DNA of 64,000 nt from Nitrososphaerales archaeon (GTDB lineage Archaea; Thermoproteota; Nitrososphaeria; Nitrososphaerales; UBA213). The stretch covers positions 239,346 to 303,345 of the forward strand of contig CBDAOC010000018.1 in assembly GCA_965197925.1 (NCBI GenBank), in the 5' to 3' direction. A model generated the notes under the pieces. It was not told the origin of the DNA, searched no databases, and saw only the letters and a program-made list of their open reading frames with translations. Of the stretch, positions 50,028 through 60,723 are shown in pieces. Each line of letters opens with the position of its first letter. The stretch's first letter is position 1. Position numbers and translations under genes: made by a program.

Positions 50028-50904
50028 TAATTTATCCCAAAACTCTCCAATACATCATGATTGATGCGATGTTAACCAACCCAAAATAATTCTCCGCTCT
50101 TCTTTCATACCTGATTGCCATTCTATGGAATCCACACTTGAGCCACGCAAAGAATCTCTCAACAACGTAACGTGTCTTGCTGTAATCGTTTTGGTTTGTT
50201 GTCTTGTTGTTCTTTGTCTTGAAATTTCTGTGTGAAATACAATCTAGAATATTTCTGCTTTTCAAATATTCTCTAATTGCCTTAGAATCATAACCCTTGT
50301 CTGCATAAACTGATGTAATTTGTTTTATTGAATCATCATCTAGATAGTCAGAAATGTTTTCCATCACATCAATTAATCTAGTAGAGTCATGTTCATTTGC
50401 AGAACCAATAATTATTGATACTGGCAGGGAATTACAATCAACTGCAACATGTATCTTTGTGCCTGTAATCCTCTTGAATCCATCATGTCCAATCACATTG
50501 CCTCTTTTTTGGCAGGAACAGTTGAGGAATCAACTGATATCCTCTGCAGTTGTAGATTGCCAGATTTGTATGCAGATTTTATTGCACCTGACAGAATCTT
50601 TTTCCATACTTTCCTTTGCTGCCAGTTCTGTAACCTGCGATGTGCAGTTGATTTTGAGCCATACTTTTCTGGCATCTCACGCCACCTGCATCCAGTAACT
50701 AGAACAAACATGATTCCATTTATCGTGACACGGTCATTACTCCTTGGTCTGCCTGTTCTTGCAGGTTTTGGAATGTATTTTTGCATCATCCTCCATTGCT
50801 TGTCTGTTAATTCTTGAAATTGCATGAGATGGTTCAATGACTAATTGCAAATAGATCTAATGATCGTCATTAATTCACTAAATGATCAGTTTTGGGACAA
50901 GTTG
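50028..50904 (-). mobile_element. IS-C copy 2, identical to copy 1 and inverted
   Basis: Same 877-bp sequence in reverse orientation. 3-bp duplication GGT at 50025-50027 and 50905-50907. Confidence 0.92.
50032..50837 (-). CDS. IS-C transposase orfA (50493..50837) and orfB (50032..50496)
   Basis: Translations identical to 27928..28272 and 28269..28733. Confidence 0.85.
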
Positions 50905-50939
50905 GGTATATGTAACCAAGATTCAAAAAAAACAGATTG

Positions 50940-51236
50940 TTATTCTCTTATACTTTCTAACACAGAAACAGCTTGCCATAAAGTAACTCTTACATACGAA
51001 GGCATGTTCGGGTCCTGTGAAAGATCGTCTAGTGTACTTATAGCATTTGCAGCACGAACAGAAATACTCAACTCAGGATCTCGCAATGAATTAGCAATAT
51101 CTTTCACGGTTTTTCGTATATTCCTAGGCGTTGTGAAATTATCACCCACACCATTTAGTATCTCCATTGATTTGGTACATCTTTCTACGTTTTCCTTCTC
51201 CTTTTGTTTCTTTGTTGTCAACATTATCACCCACAA
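50940..51236 (-). CDS. UPF0147-family protein
   Basis: TTPRNIRKTVKDIANSL...SVRAANAISTLDDLSQDPNMPSYVR matches the conserved archaeal UPF0147 pattern. Confidence 0.65.
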   Translation of the reverse strand: MWVIMLTTKKQKEKENVERCTKSMEILNGVGDNFTTPRNIRKTVKDIANSLRDPELSISVRAANAISTLDDLSQDPNMPSYVRVTLWQAVSVLESIRE

Positions 51237-51445
51237 AACAACTCTTAACCAATGATACTCACTTTAAATGTTTATTATCATAAAAGGTTTTAGAAAGTCC
51301 ACTTTCATAGTGATGCTTTTCAAAGAAAAATTTCAAAATCTGTGGCAAAATTGTAGAAAACGAGGGTTATTTCCCATATACCAAAATACGCAAGCCTTAA
51401 TCGGAGTTGGTGGAGGTTACTGGTAGGTTGAACATAGACGAGAAG

Positions 51446-51484
51446 AAAAAAAAGTATAGAAACTCATTATTAAAAAATAATGAG
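51446..51484 (-). terminator. Hairpin plus oligo-T tract downstream of the Rieske gene
   Basis: 9-bp stem ctcattatt/aataatgag (51463-51484) starts 4 nt after the stop. It is followed on the minus strand by T8 (51446-51453). Archaeal termination at oligo-T is established. Confidence 0.45.
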
Positions 51485-51487
51485 GAA

Positions 51488-51796
51488 TTAGACCTCAACG
51501 TATACTGTATCACCCTCAACACTAACTTTATAGGATTCTGAATCTTTGATCTTTGCCGGAAAAGCAATCAATTTTCCTGTAGTAACGTCCCATTTTGAAC
51601 CATGCCATGGACATGTGACCTCTTTGCCTCCTAATTCCCCCTCGTGCAAATTTGCACCTGCATGTGTACAAATATCACCCATTGCATAGAAACTACCTTC
51701 AACGTTCGCCACGAGTATATCTATCCCTCCAGCCTCTACATGCACCATTTTTCCTGTTGGTATATCTGTTTTCTTTCCTACAACGACCTTAGCCAT
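51488..51796 (-). CDS. Rieske [2Fe-2S] ferredoxin
   Basis: CTHAGANL...CPWHGSKW cluster-binding motifs, 102 aa. Confidence 0.9.
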   Translation of the reverse strand: MAKVVVGKKTDIPTGKMVHVEAGGIDILVANVEGSFYAMGDICTHAGANLHEGELGGKEVTCPWHGSKWDVTTGKLIAFPAKIKDSESYKVSVEGDTVYVEV

Positions 51797-51833
51797 ACAA
51801 TCTTGTGTTGAAACTATTATTTATAAATTATAA

Positions 51834-52691
51834 CTACTCAACAATCAGGACGTTATTCCTTAAACTTCCTAGATTTTCAATCTCAATGTCAACTCTATCA
51901 CCATTGTGAAGAAACTTAGGATTTTCCATGAATGCAGCCACACCAGAAGGTGTGCCTGATGCTATTATATCGCCCTGCTCTAATGTCATGACCATTGATA
52001 AACTTGCCACTATTCTATCTATCTTTATCACCATATTTTTTGTAGAAGAGTCCTGTCTTACCTCATTATTCACTTTGGTAATAATACGCAGATTATAAGG
52101 ATCCCTTATTTCATCTCTTGTAGTCAGCCAGGGACCACAAGGAGCAAAAGTATCAAAGCCTTTACTCTTAGTCCATTGGCTTTCTTTGAATTGAATATCT
52201 CTAGCTGATACGTCATTAAAGATCAAATATCCTAGTACGTATTCCATTGCTTCTTCCGGTTTTACATTCTTACATTTCTTACCCATTACAAATGCAAGTT
52301 CACCTTCATAATCCAATTGCGTGACGAAACTAGGACACACTATGCTATCACCACTACCAATCAATGTCGTTCTTGGTTTCATAAATATAATGGGTTCATC
52401 CGGTGGAGTTGTGCCCCTTTCATTAGCATGATCAAGATAATTATATCCAAGGCAAATAATCTTGGATGGGTTTGATAAAGGGGGAAGAAACCTGTAGCCA
52501 TCGATAGGCTCTGAAATGCTAACGTGATCATCCCTAATAGTTTCAATCCAGCCGCCAAAGAGAAATTCCTCTATATGCTCTGGTAGATTAATATTCAATT
52601 GCCTCCCCATGTCTTCTCTAGTCGTCAATTTATTACCATCAACTAATGCATAGGATTCCAAGGAAAGATGCTCTAGTCTAGCGATCTTCAC
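51834..52691 (-). CDS. Fumarylacetoacetate hydrolase-family protein
   Basis: 285 aa. YEGELAFVMGK and TPSGV blocks typical of the FAH/HpcE fold. Confidence 0.88.
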   Translation of the reverse strand: MKIARLEHLSLESYALVDGNKLTTREDMGRQLNINLPEHIEEFLFGGWIETIRDDHVSISEPIDGYRFLPPLSNPSKIICLGYNYLDHANERGTTPPDEPIIFMKPRTTLIGSGDSIVCPSFVTQLDYEGELAFVMGKKCKNVKPEEAMEYVLGYLIFNDVSARDIQFKESQWTKSKGFDTFAPCGPWLTTRDEIRDPYNLRIITKVNNEVRQDSSTKNMVIKIDRIVASLSMVMTLEQGDIIASGTPSGVAAFMENPKFLHNGDRVDIEIENLGSLRNNVLIVE

Positions 52692-52697
52692 ATAACA

Positions 52698-54404
52698 TCA
52701 CCTGTGTGTTAGAATGGCGAAATTAGCAGAATCAATCTTGCAGAAACCAAATCTAATAAACTGAATTCTATCGTCAAGATTTAACCTCGAAACGTACGAT
52801 TCTGCATAACCCTTCACAATTTCCATGCTGGCAGGGTTGTACTCCTCGCCGATTAAGAGCTTTCTAGGAATCATAATAGTCAAGTTGATTGCATCATTTA
52901 CGCTAACCCAATGTATTTTTGCAGTATCCCGTAACTCATCACCACTATATGTTCCAATTACTTTATCCCCAACTTCATCAATCTTTACATTATACAAGTC
53001 GATCATTCTAATTTCAGATCCTACTTCCATCTTATTAACATCATCACCTGAAACATAAAAAGTGTCATGAATACTAATCTCCCTTAAACCCATATCTACA
53101 TCTGGATGATTTTTAATTTTGATCTTTTTTGACGGGGCATTTCTGACCAGTAGAATGATTGGCTTTGTGACGAAAAATAGTCTTATAGAATGAGAGTCTA
53201 TCATCTTCCTGTTAATAGATTCCAAGACATCAAACGGTGGTTTAGTATCTGCCTTCGTAAGCCCTAAAGTAAAAACAAACTTCCTTATCGCTTCAGGTAG
53301 AATCCCCCTTCGTTTCAACCCCATCAACGTAGGCAATCTTGGATCATCCCAGTTCTCTACTAGCCCTTGGTCTATCATTGGTTTTATCTTGCGTTTTGAT
53401 ACAGGCATACCATCAAAGTCCAACCTAGAAAATTCCATCATCATAGGTTTCCTTAATTGGAGTTTATCAATTATTGCATAATACAGTTCCTTTCGTAATT
53501 CATATTCTTTAGTCCGCATGGCATGAGTAACACCATCAACACTGTCCTCTATTGGAGCAGCGAAGTCATAAGTTGGCCATACTCTATACTTATGATCTTT
53601 CAGAGGATGTTCACTATCAATTATTCTGAACAGCGTTGGATCACGCATTGCTGTATTTTCGCTCTGCATATTACCTCTAAACCTTACAATGGCTTGATTG
53701 GATATATAGTCGGTGAACATCCTTTCCCATCTTTCAAAATTGTCTTCTTGATACACATTTCTGCACTTGCACTCAACACCATTCTTTCTGTTTTCTCTTA
53801 TAGTATTAATGGCACATGTACAAACATATGCACCGTTTATCCCCAACATCTGGCCTCCATAATTGTAAATCAATTCCATATCGTCTGAAGTGTTCTTTAC
53901 TATGTGGGGTTTAACGCCAAGCCACTCTACTCCGTCTCTTATTGCGTCATAGTATTCCAGCTTCTCTTTCAAGGGATTGGTATCATCAAAACGCAGTATG
54001 AGCTTCCCATTATACATCTTGGCGTATTCTTCATCTAAGATTACAGCTTTTGCATGACCTATGTGAGGATAACCGCTTGGTTCCGGTGGGAATCTTGTAA
54101 CAACCTTACCCATTTCCGCATTTGGCAAGGGCGGAAGAACATTCTTCTGTTCTTTCCGAGTCTGATTGATCAATTCTGGGGCTATTGATTCTAGTTCCAA
54201 TTTCTGTTCCTCAACACTTAACTTGTTTACATTGTTGACAATTATCTTGGTCTCCTCGAAGATCATCGTGGCTTCTTTTCTAAATTCCGGTCTTAAACCA
54301 ATAACTTTAGCCACTACTGTACCAGATTTGGCTTTGCCTTCATGGTCTACTGCATTTTTAAGTGCTAATTTTCTGACAAGACTCTTGACATATTCATCTA
54401 TCAT
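52698..54404 (-). CDS. gltX: Glutamyl-tRNA synthetase (archaeal type)
   Basis: PEPSGYPHIGHAKA (HIGH) and PVSKRKI (KMSKS-like) motifs, 568 aa. Confidence 0.92.
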   Translation of the reverse strand: MIDEYVKSLVRKLALKNAVDHEGKAKSGTVVAKVIGLRPEFRKEATMIFEETKIIVNNVNKLSVEEQKLELESIAPELINQTRKEQKNVLPPLPNAEMGKVVTRFPPEPSGYPHIGHAKAVILDEEYAKMYNGKLILRFDDTNPLKEKLEYYDAIRDGVEWLGVKPHIVKNTSDDMELIYNYGGQMLGINGAYVCTCAINTIRENRKNGVECKCRNVYQEDNFERWERMFTDYISNQAIVRFRGNMQSENTAMRDPTLFRIIDSEHPLKDHKYRVWPTYDFAAPIEDSVDGVTHAMRTKEYELRKELYYAIIDKLQLRKPMMMEFSRLDFDGMPVSKRKIKPMIDQGLVENWDDPRLPTLMGLKRRGILPEAIRKFVFTLGLTKADTKPPFDVLESINRKMIDSHSIRLFFVTKPIILLVRNAPSKKIKIKNHPDVDMGLREISIHDTFYVSGDDVNKMEVGSEIRMIDLYNVKIDEVGDKVIGTYSGDELRDTAKIHWVSVNDAINLTIMIPRKLLIGEEYNPASMEIVKGYAESYVSRLNLDDRIQFIRFGFCKIDSANFAILTHR

Positions 54405-55400
54405 CTATAAGGCCCTCTCAACAATGAAATCTGCGAGAGAGACTAGAGCATCCTTTGACTTTGAGCCGTCATATAATTTTAAAGAATCCATGGCCTTTGA
54501 TACATATAATCTCGCCATTTTTCTTACATCGTGATCAATTCCAATACGAGAAAGAATATCTAGAACCGCCTTCAGTTCCGCGTCGGAAGCATTCTTCGAA
54601 CCAAAGACATTAAGAATGATATTTTTTTCCTTAACCTTTGCTCTCTTGATTGTCATAAGGATGGGTAAGGTTTTCTTTCCTTCCCTAATATCATTCCCAA
54701 CGGGTTTCTTCGTTACTTTGGGATCGCCTACAATGCCTATAAGATCATCAACTAGTTGAAAAGCTATCCCTAGGTTTTTACCAAATACTCCAAGATTCTC
54801 AACATCAGCCTTATCCGCGAGTGCACACATCGCACCCAATTCGCAAGAAACAGAAAACAGCGCCGCTGTCTTTTTGCTAATCATATTGATATATTGTGAT
54901 CCTGATGAAAATTTGGAGTTTAAAGCCATACCAATATCTAGTGCCTGTCCTTCACTCACTTCAATACAGCTTTGTGACAATTTGTAAACAAGTTGAGATA
55001 TAACCTTGTCTGGCAAACCTCTTCTCTTTCCATAGTGTGCTACTGCTTGAAATGCCTTAGAAAAAAGAACATCCCCTCCTAGTATAGCTAATGGAAAACC
55101 GTAATACTTGTGCACTGTAGGAATACTGTGTCTAACTTCATCATTGTCCATTATATCATCCTGTACAAGTGTAAAATTATGTACCATCTCAATAGCAGCA
55201 GCTATAGGTAACGCTTGCTCTATTTTTCCTCCTAGCAATTCTGAGCTCTTTATTACTAAAAATGGTCTCATCCTTTTCCCACCACTCCGTATGTAATGGG
55301 ATGATGCCAGATACAGGTCTCTTGGTTCACCTTCAAGCATTGATAATATGAAGCTATTTACACGCGATACTGTCGACCCTAAATGTTGTTCTAGACTCAT
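54405..55400 (-). CDS. idsA: Geranylgeranyl diphosphate synthase (trans-polyprenyl synthase)
   Basis: First and second Asp-rich motifs VQDDIMDND and LVDDLIG. Confidence 0.9.
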   Translation of the reverse strand: MSLEQHLGSTVSRVNSFILSMLEGEPRDLYLASSHYIRSGGKRMRPFLVIKSSELLGGKIEQALPIAAAIEMVHNFTLVQDDIMDNDEVRHSIPTVHKYYGFPLAILGGDVLFSKAFQAVAHYGKRRGLPDKVISQLVYKLSQSCIEVSEGQALDIGMALNSKFSSGSQYINMISKKTAALFSVSCELGAMCALADKADVENLGVFGKNLGIAFQLVDDLIGIVGDPKVTKKPVGNDIREGKKTLPILMTIKRAKVKEKNIILNVFGSKNASDAELKAVLDILSRIGIDHDVRKMARLYVSKAMDSLKLYDGSKSKDALVSLADFIVERAL

Positions 55401-56470
55401 TTAAACCAATCCGCCAAAGGACCTGTCAACACATGTCTAGACCCTTTCAATGCTTTTACATTTTCGGCTCCAACCAAATACATCGCGCTCTTTAATTCAT
55501 TTAACAACAAGCTGACAAACTGCATAACAGAATCTTTGGAAATTGAAGCCTGTTTCAAGAATGGTAGTGCCATTGCACACATATCAGCCCCTATAGAGAG
55601 GGACTTGGCTACTTCAAGACCATTTCTTAAACCTCCTGAAGCTATCAATGGCAACTCCACTGCCTTTTTAACTTCAATCAAACTAACTGCTGTAGGTATA
55701 CCCCAATCCCAGAACATTTCTCCCAAATGCATTTTCAACTCATCACCCATCGATTCAGCTCTAAGCTTTTCAACTCCAGCCCAGCTAGTGCCTCCGGAAC
55801 CAGCTACATTAATAGCCTTTATACCTATGACCTGCAATTTGAGTGCAACTTCCTTCGATATACCTGCTCCGACTTCCTTCGCAATAACAGGAACATTCAA
55901 GACCTTTACCAGGTCTGCAATTTTTTGATATACAGCTCTGAACACCGGCTCACCTTCTGGTTGTATTAGCTCCTGTAATGGATTAAGATGAACCACGAGT
56001 GCATCGGCATTTATCATATCGATTATCCGTGTCACCTCATCAACACTCAACCCTTTCGCTAATTGTGCTCCTCCTATATTCGCAATCAGGAACGCATTAG
56101 GCGCATGTTCTCTTGCTATTGAATATGTTTCAGCCAGTGCCTTACTTTTCAATCCAGCCCTCTGGCTTCCCAAACCCATTCCTAACCCAAGTTCCTCAGC
56201 TGTTTCAGCTAATCTCTCATTGATCTTGGCTGCCTCGGGCGTACCTCCAGTCATGGAATCAATAATCAATGGTGCACTGAAATTATGGTTCAGAAATGTA
56301 GCTGAAGTATCAATTTCATCAAAATCTAACTCTGGTAATGCATTATGGACAAGCCCAACATATTCCAGATAAGTTGACGTTGTCTTTGCTTGAACTTGTT
56401 TGTGTAATGGCACATTTAACCCATCTAACTTTCTCTGTTTAATTACATCAATATCTGTTCGTTCATTCAT
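55397..56470 (-). CDS. fni: Isopentenyl-diphosphate delta-isomerase, type 2 (FMN)
   Basis: 357 aa TIM-barrel with GGTSWA and SGGLRNG motifs. 4-nt overlaps with both neighbours. Confidence 0.92.
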   Translation of the reverse strand: MNERTDIDVIKQRKLDGLNVPLHKQVQAKTTSTYLEYVGLVHNALPELDFDEIDTSATFLNHNFSAPLIIDSMTGGTPEAAKINERLAETAEELGLGMGLGSQRAGLKSKALAETYSIAREHAPNAFLIANIGGAQLAKGLSVDEVTRIIDMINADALVVHLNPLQELIQPEGEPVFRAVYQKIADLVKVLNVPVIAKEVGAGISKEVALKLQVIGIKAINVAGSGGTSWAGVEKLRAESMGDELKMHLGEMFWDWGIPTAVSLIEVKKAVELPLIASGGLRNGLEVAKSLSIGADMCAMALPFLKQASISKDSVMQFVSLLLNELKSAMYLVGAENVKALKGSRHVLTGPLADWFK

Positions 56471-57225
56471 TCCCTTACACCCCTCACTATCGTACCTATC
56501 GCTTTTTTGTTATTCAAAGCCGTAACGATCCTATTAGGTTTCAATCCATTTACCATTAACACATCTATGTTCATTCCTGTTATCTTAAATGCTTCCCTGA
56601 TTTTTCTCTTCATTCCTCCCGTAACATCTCCAACCACATTATTGATGTTTGCCTGATCTTCGGTATTGATCTCTCTTACTACTTCTTTACTATTCATATC
56701 TCTGTAAACCCCATCTACGTTCAGAGCAAATATAACAACGTCAGGACTCAATTCCTTTGCTAGTATAGTCATCAGGACATCGCCGGAAAGAATGTAATAT
56801 GAACGATCTACATAGTAGAGAACATCACCATATGTTATTGGTATAAGATTACTTTTTGCAAGTTCCTTTAGTTCATTAAGTTTTGTCTTTATGCTTCTTG
56901 TTCTATACAGCAGCGATGAGGGTGGTACACTATAAGGATTAAGTTTGTTTTTTACCATTATATTGATAATATAACTGTTGAGCTCGACCATGGCGCTCTT
57001 CACTACAGCTACACCATGTATATCGTATTTTGCTGGCTCCGTGTGCATGTCATACTTTATCGAATAATAATGCCCAAATGAACCGCCCCCATGCACTATT
57101 ATCAATGGCATCTTTACTTTTCTAAGACACTTACTTATTTTCTCCAAAGCTTTTTTGTTTACAGAAAGGGGTCTATCCTTGTATGTAATAACGGATCCTC
57201 CTAGTTTTAGAAGGGCTAGCCCCAT
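56467..57225 (-). CDS. Isopentenyl phosphate kinase
   Basis: Amino-acid-kinase fold, LKLGGSVIT and VHGGGSFGH motifs. Archaeal mevalonate-pathway context. Confidence 0.88.
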   Translation of the reverse strand: MGLALLKLGGSVITYKDRPLSVNKKALEKISKCLRKVKMPLIIVHGGGSFGHYYSIKYDMHTEPAKYDIHGVAVVKSAMVELNSYIINIMVKNKLNPYSVPPSSLLYRTRSIKTKLNELKELAKSNLIPITYGDVLYYVDRSYYILSGDVLMTILAKELSPDVVIFALNVDGVYRDMNSKEVVREINTEDQANINNVVGDVTGGMKRKIREAFKITGMNIDVLMVNGLKPNRIVTALNNKKAIGTIVRGVRE

Positions 57226-57658
57226 TAAAATATAGCTCCTTCAAGAACACATTTAACGTTATCTATTAGACCCGAGGATCTTTATTAGTCTGATCTAAAT
57301 GACATCACAAGACCTTATTGAATTTCAATTGGGTTTTTGTTCCATAATAATTCAAAATCTGGTGAAAGGTATTTATCTGATCGTTATTTCTAAATTATAT
57401 TCACCTCCGTTGGTTCCCGGGATATTTTGTCTTTTTATTAACAAAATCTATAATCGATCTATGGATATGATAACCAATAAGATTCCTGACAATTCGTTAT
57501 ACCTACAAAATCATGTAAGAATGACACTATCAGTGGATATTTTATACCTGCAGTCCCTCAAAATGTCTAAAATATATTATATTAGATTGACACGGTTTAG
57601 TAAGTAGATTTACTTTTCTGCTTACATAATCAATCTTCTCGAAAAATGTAATGACTAA

Positions 57659-58702
57659 GAGCCTATCCTAAAATTCTATCTGATTGTTAACGATTGGTAG
57701 AAATGATAACATTTAGAATGCAAGAATACTAGTTCATACTGTCAGGTTTAGTTTTCTTACTATTGATTTTATTAGTATTGTAGATAGTAGATACTAGAAA
57801 CAGTTGCATTAACGTGTTTATGACACTACCAATATATCGCTCTATACACTATTAGGCAGTTAGCAAATTCTACTAGCGCCTGATAATTTTCCTTCTTCTC
57901 GAACCTTACCAATAACTTTCTGAACCTGTTATGCCAAGATGCGGTTCTTTCTACAACCCATCTCTTTGCTTTGTACAAATTCTTTTTCAACACTTCACCC
58001 TTACGACGAATGTGATCCACATATCCCCTTCCTAACTCCATACTCTATCTCAGGGAAATCATATCATATCCTATTCATGCATATGTTCTGTTTAACTTTG
58101 GGCCTATCAACAACAATGCTATCTATTGTAGGAAAGGCTGATTTCATATCGTGTTTATTTGCTCCAGTAATTACAGATGAGAGAGGAATACCTCTTCTAT
58201 CAACCAGCATGTGACGTTTGGTACCTAGCTTGCCTCTATCCGTTGGGTTTGCTCCGGTCGTTTTCCCCCTAATGGGGCCTTCGGTACGCTATCCATGGAT
58301 TGCCAGTCCCATCCTATACCCTTCAATTCATCATATATTTCCAGCAGCCTCTTCCATACCTTCTTGAATACTCCTATCCCAATCCATTCCTGAAATCTTG
58401 CATGGCAAGTTGAACCAGAACCAAATTCTTTAGATACCTTCTTCCACTGGCATCCAGTTCTTAATACGTACAGTATTCCATTCAACACTTTTCTAAATGG
58501 TACAGCTGGCCTTCCAACTGTTCTTGCTGGTTTCTCTGGTGGCAACACTAGTTTGAACTCTTCCCATAGATTGTCTGGTATATGCCATATGGTCGGCATG
58601 CTCTTTTTCTTTGATTTTCTCACAAATTTAGCTAGAGAGGACAGATCTAGATCTGTTTCGGTATAAACAATTAGGCTATGATGTTAATTTTAGGATAAGC
58701 TC
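57659..58702 (-). mobile_element. IS-B copy C (inverted relative to copies A and B)
   Basis: Same termini, TAA at 57656-57658 and 58703-58705 (TTA in element orientation). Differs from copy B by a 1-nt and a 5-nt insertion. orfA (58225..58623) is identical to copy B. Confidence 0.9.
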
Positions 58703-58777
58703 TAAATCAAATTTGTGGTAATAATGATCTCTTTGATCCTTCTATTAGTATTAGTAATTTTATTATTCATAACTATC

Positions 58778-59872
58778 AGAGGCTTGGGCGTAATTTAGTT
58801 CGAAACGATAAGATCAGGTTCTAGTTTTTATTGTTGATATGTTTAGCTCAGACTCGATACTTCTTCATATATTATTTTTGATTGACGTGATTCGGACAAA
58901 ACCTAATAGGAAAAGAGGTAGATCATTCTACTATTCTCCTACAGTTATGGTGAGATGCTTCATCGTTAGAGTATGGATAAGAATACCAAGCAACAATGTG
59001 TTACATCAATACTTTTCGATAGACATGCCATACAACAGGAAGGTAATGAAGGCATGTGGTCTTGATAGGTTGCCAGACAGAAGAACATTCGACAGAAGGT
59101 CAAGGCCGTATCAATTGACATAAGATCAAGGATAGATGTTATGGGTGTGCTCTTCATAAAAGATGGGTTGGTAGACCCAGCCATAGTATCCGTTGACAGT
59201 TCATTGTTGAAAGCAAAGGGACATGTATGGCATAGATCAAACATGAAGAAGAACGAAGTACCACGCTCCGGTATAGATACAGATGCTCGATGGGGATTCA
59301 GCAGAACCAAGGGATGGGTATTCGGATACAAGATGCATCTAGCATGTAGCACAGGTTCGTTGATAGTTCCATTATCAGCTGATTTCACAACAGCTAACAT
59401 TACTGATAACAAGATGTATGAAAGCATAACATCTTCATTGCCTACAGGAATGGTAAGGTATGTTGTAGGAGATGAAGGATATGATGATCACAAGTTATGT
59501 GATTTCAGCAGGTATAGAGGGCATCCAGTATTCCCATTGGAAAGGTACAAGCATACTACAGATAATAATAGACTGGCATTGCTGCAGTTCTATCAATCTG
59601 AATTTAGACAGCATGTATATTCTCGGAGGAGCATAAGCGTTGAACCATTGATAGAGCAGATAAAGGATGTATTTACCATTAGATCCATTACCAGTTAGAG
59701 GATTTGATAAAGCTAGGAGCATCGTTCTGATTTCTATATTGCTATACCAGCTGATGGTATACTACAACTACTTGACAGGAAGACCATTAAGGGCATTGAA
59801 GCACATGTTGGGAAGTTAATCAATCAGAGGCATCAAGTTATTTTTGTTATATGGAATAATGCCCATGCCTCA
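58778..59872 (+). mobile_element. IS-A copy 4
   Basis: Termini agaggcttgggcg...gcccatgcctca. The only copy with a clear flanking direct repeat (actatc at 58772-58777 and 59873-59878). Its transposase carries the shared frameshift plus a second one near 59680. Confidence 0.87.
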
Positions 59873-60723
59873 ACTATCTATTGAATAAATAATAATATCT
59901 ATTGATCATTAAGTGCCATAAACAAATTAGAACGATATGCTGGATCAAATTAACCAAGGGTAAATCATTACAAACAAGCTGGATAGTAATGAACAAAAAC
60001 AAAATTAATGAAGGAGACCTTATTTCTAATGATAGTTTGGCTCTGTAGAAACCATACAATAAAAAAAGTAAATCTATGCATGTTGTAGGCTATCATTCTG
60101 AACATCAGTCCCTATTCTACATCTTCACCAGTCTTGATGTTATATGCTCACTAAACTTCTCTTTATCACTGATAGTACCGCCTCATTCTTGTTTTTTTGA
60201 TGGTATAGCCGTGTATAGAATCTCCTCTTCAGTTGCTTCCTTTATCTCCCATATGAAGCCTCAACTTTCTATGGTTTTACTTAAATAAACGATCTATGTA
60301 TTCGAATTCCCTACGATAAAGAAATTGTTTTGTAATCCAAATATTATTAATTCTGTCAGCAAATTTTTGAACGGTTATATGCAGAGGAATATACAGCGCT
60401 TTAGTAGGGTCCCCATGTTAGTATCCCTATGATGCCAATCTACACATCTTCAAATAATAAATTTCATTCTCTCTTTTACCTAGAAGGAAATTGCGATGTC
60501 ATATCGCAAAGATATGATTTCTATTTTTGCAAATAGAGGCCCCCTCTTGTCTTTAATGCAATATTAAAAGAAGTTTTATAGATATTGAACTAGCGGGATT
60601 CTTTTGTGAATTAAACATAAGGAATACCCTAATACTAGTTTTGATGTTACTTCAGAATCCTAACACTGAGGGTTATGGTTTTTCCAGAGCAAAAAATACT
60701 CCTCAATACTTGGTTTAGTAAGA

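Noticed and set aside
27861-50904. The IS-C pair as a composite transposon carrying the 21-kb interval
   Set aside because: Each copy has its own matching 3-bp duplication (ACA/ACA and GGT/GGT), which indicates two independent simple insertions. The interval is made of core housekeeping genes.
57299-57607. ORFs in the IS-flanking spacers between the IPK gene and mvk (57299..57607, 59874..60059, 60076..60288)
   Set aside because: These are hydrophobic or low-complexity translations in AT-rich spacer with no family resemblance, and are probably chance ORFs.
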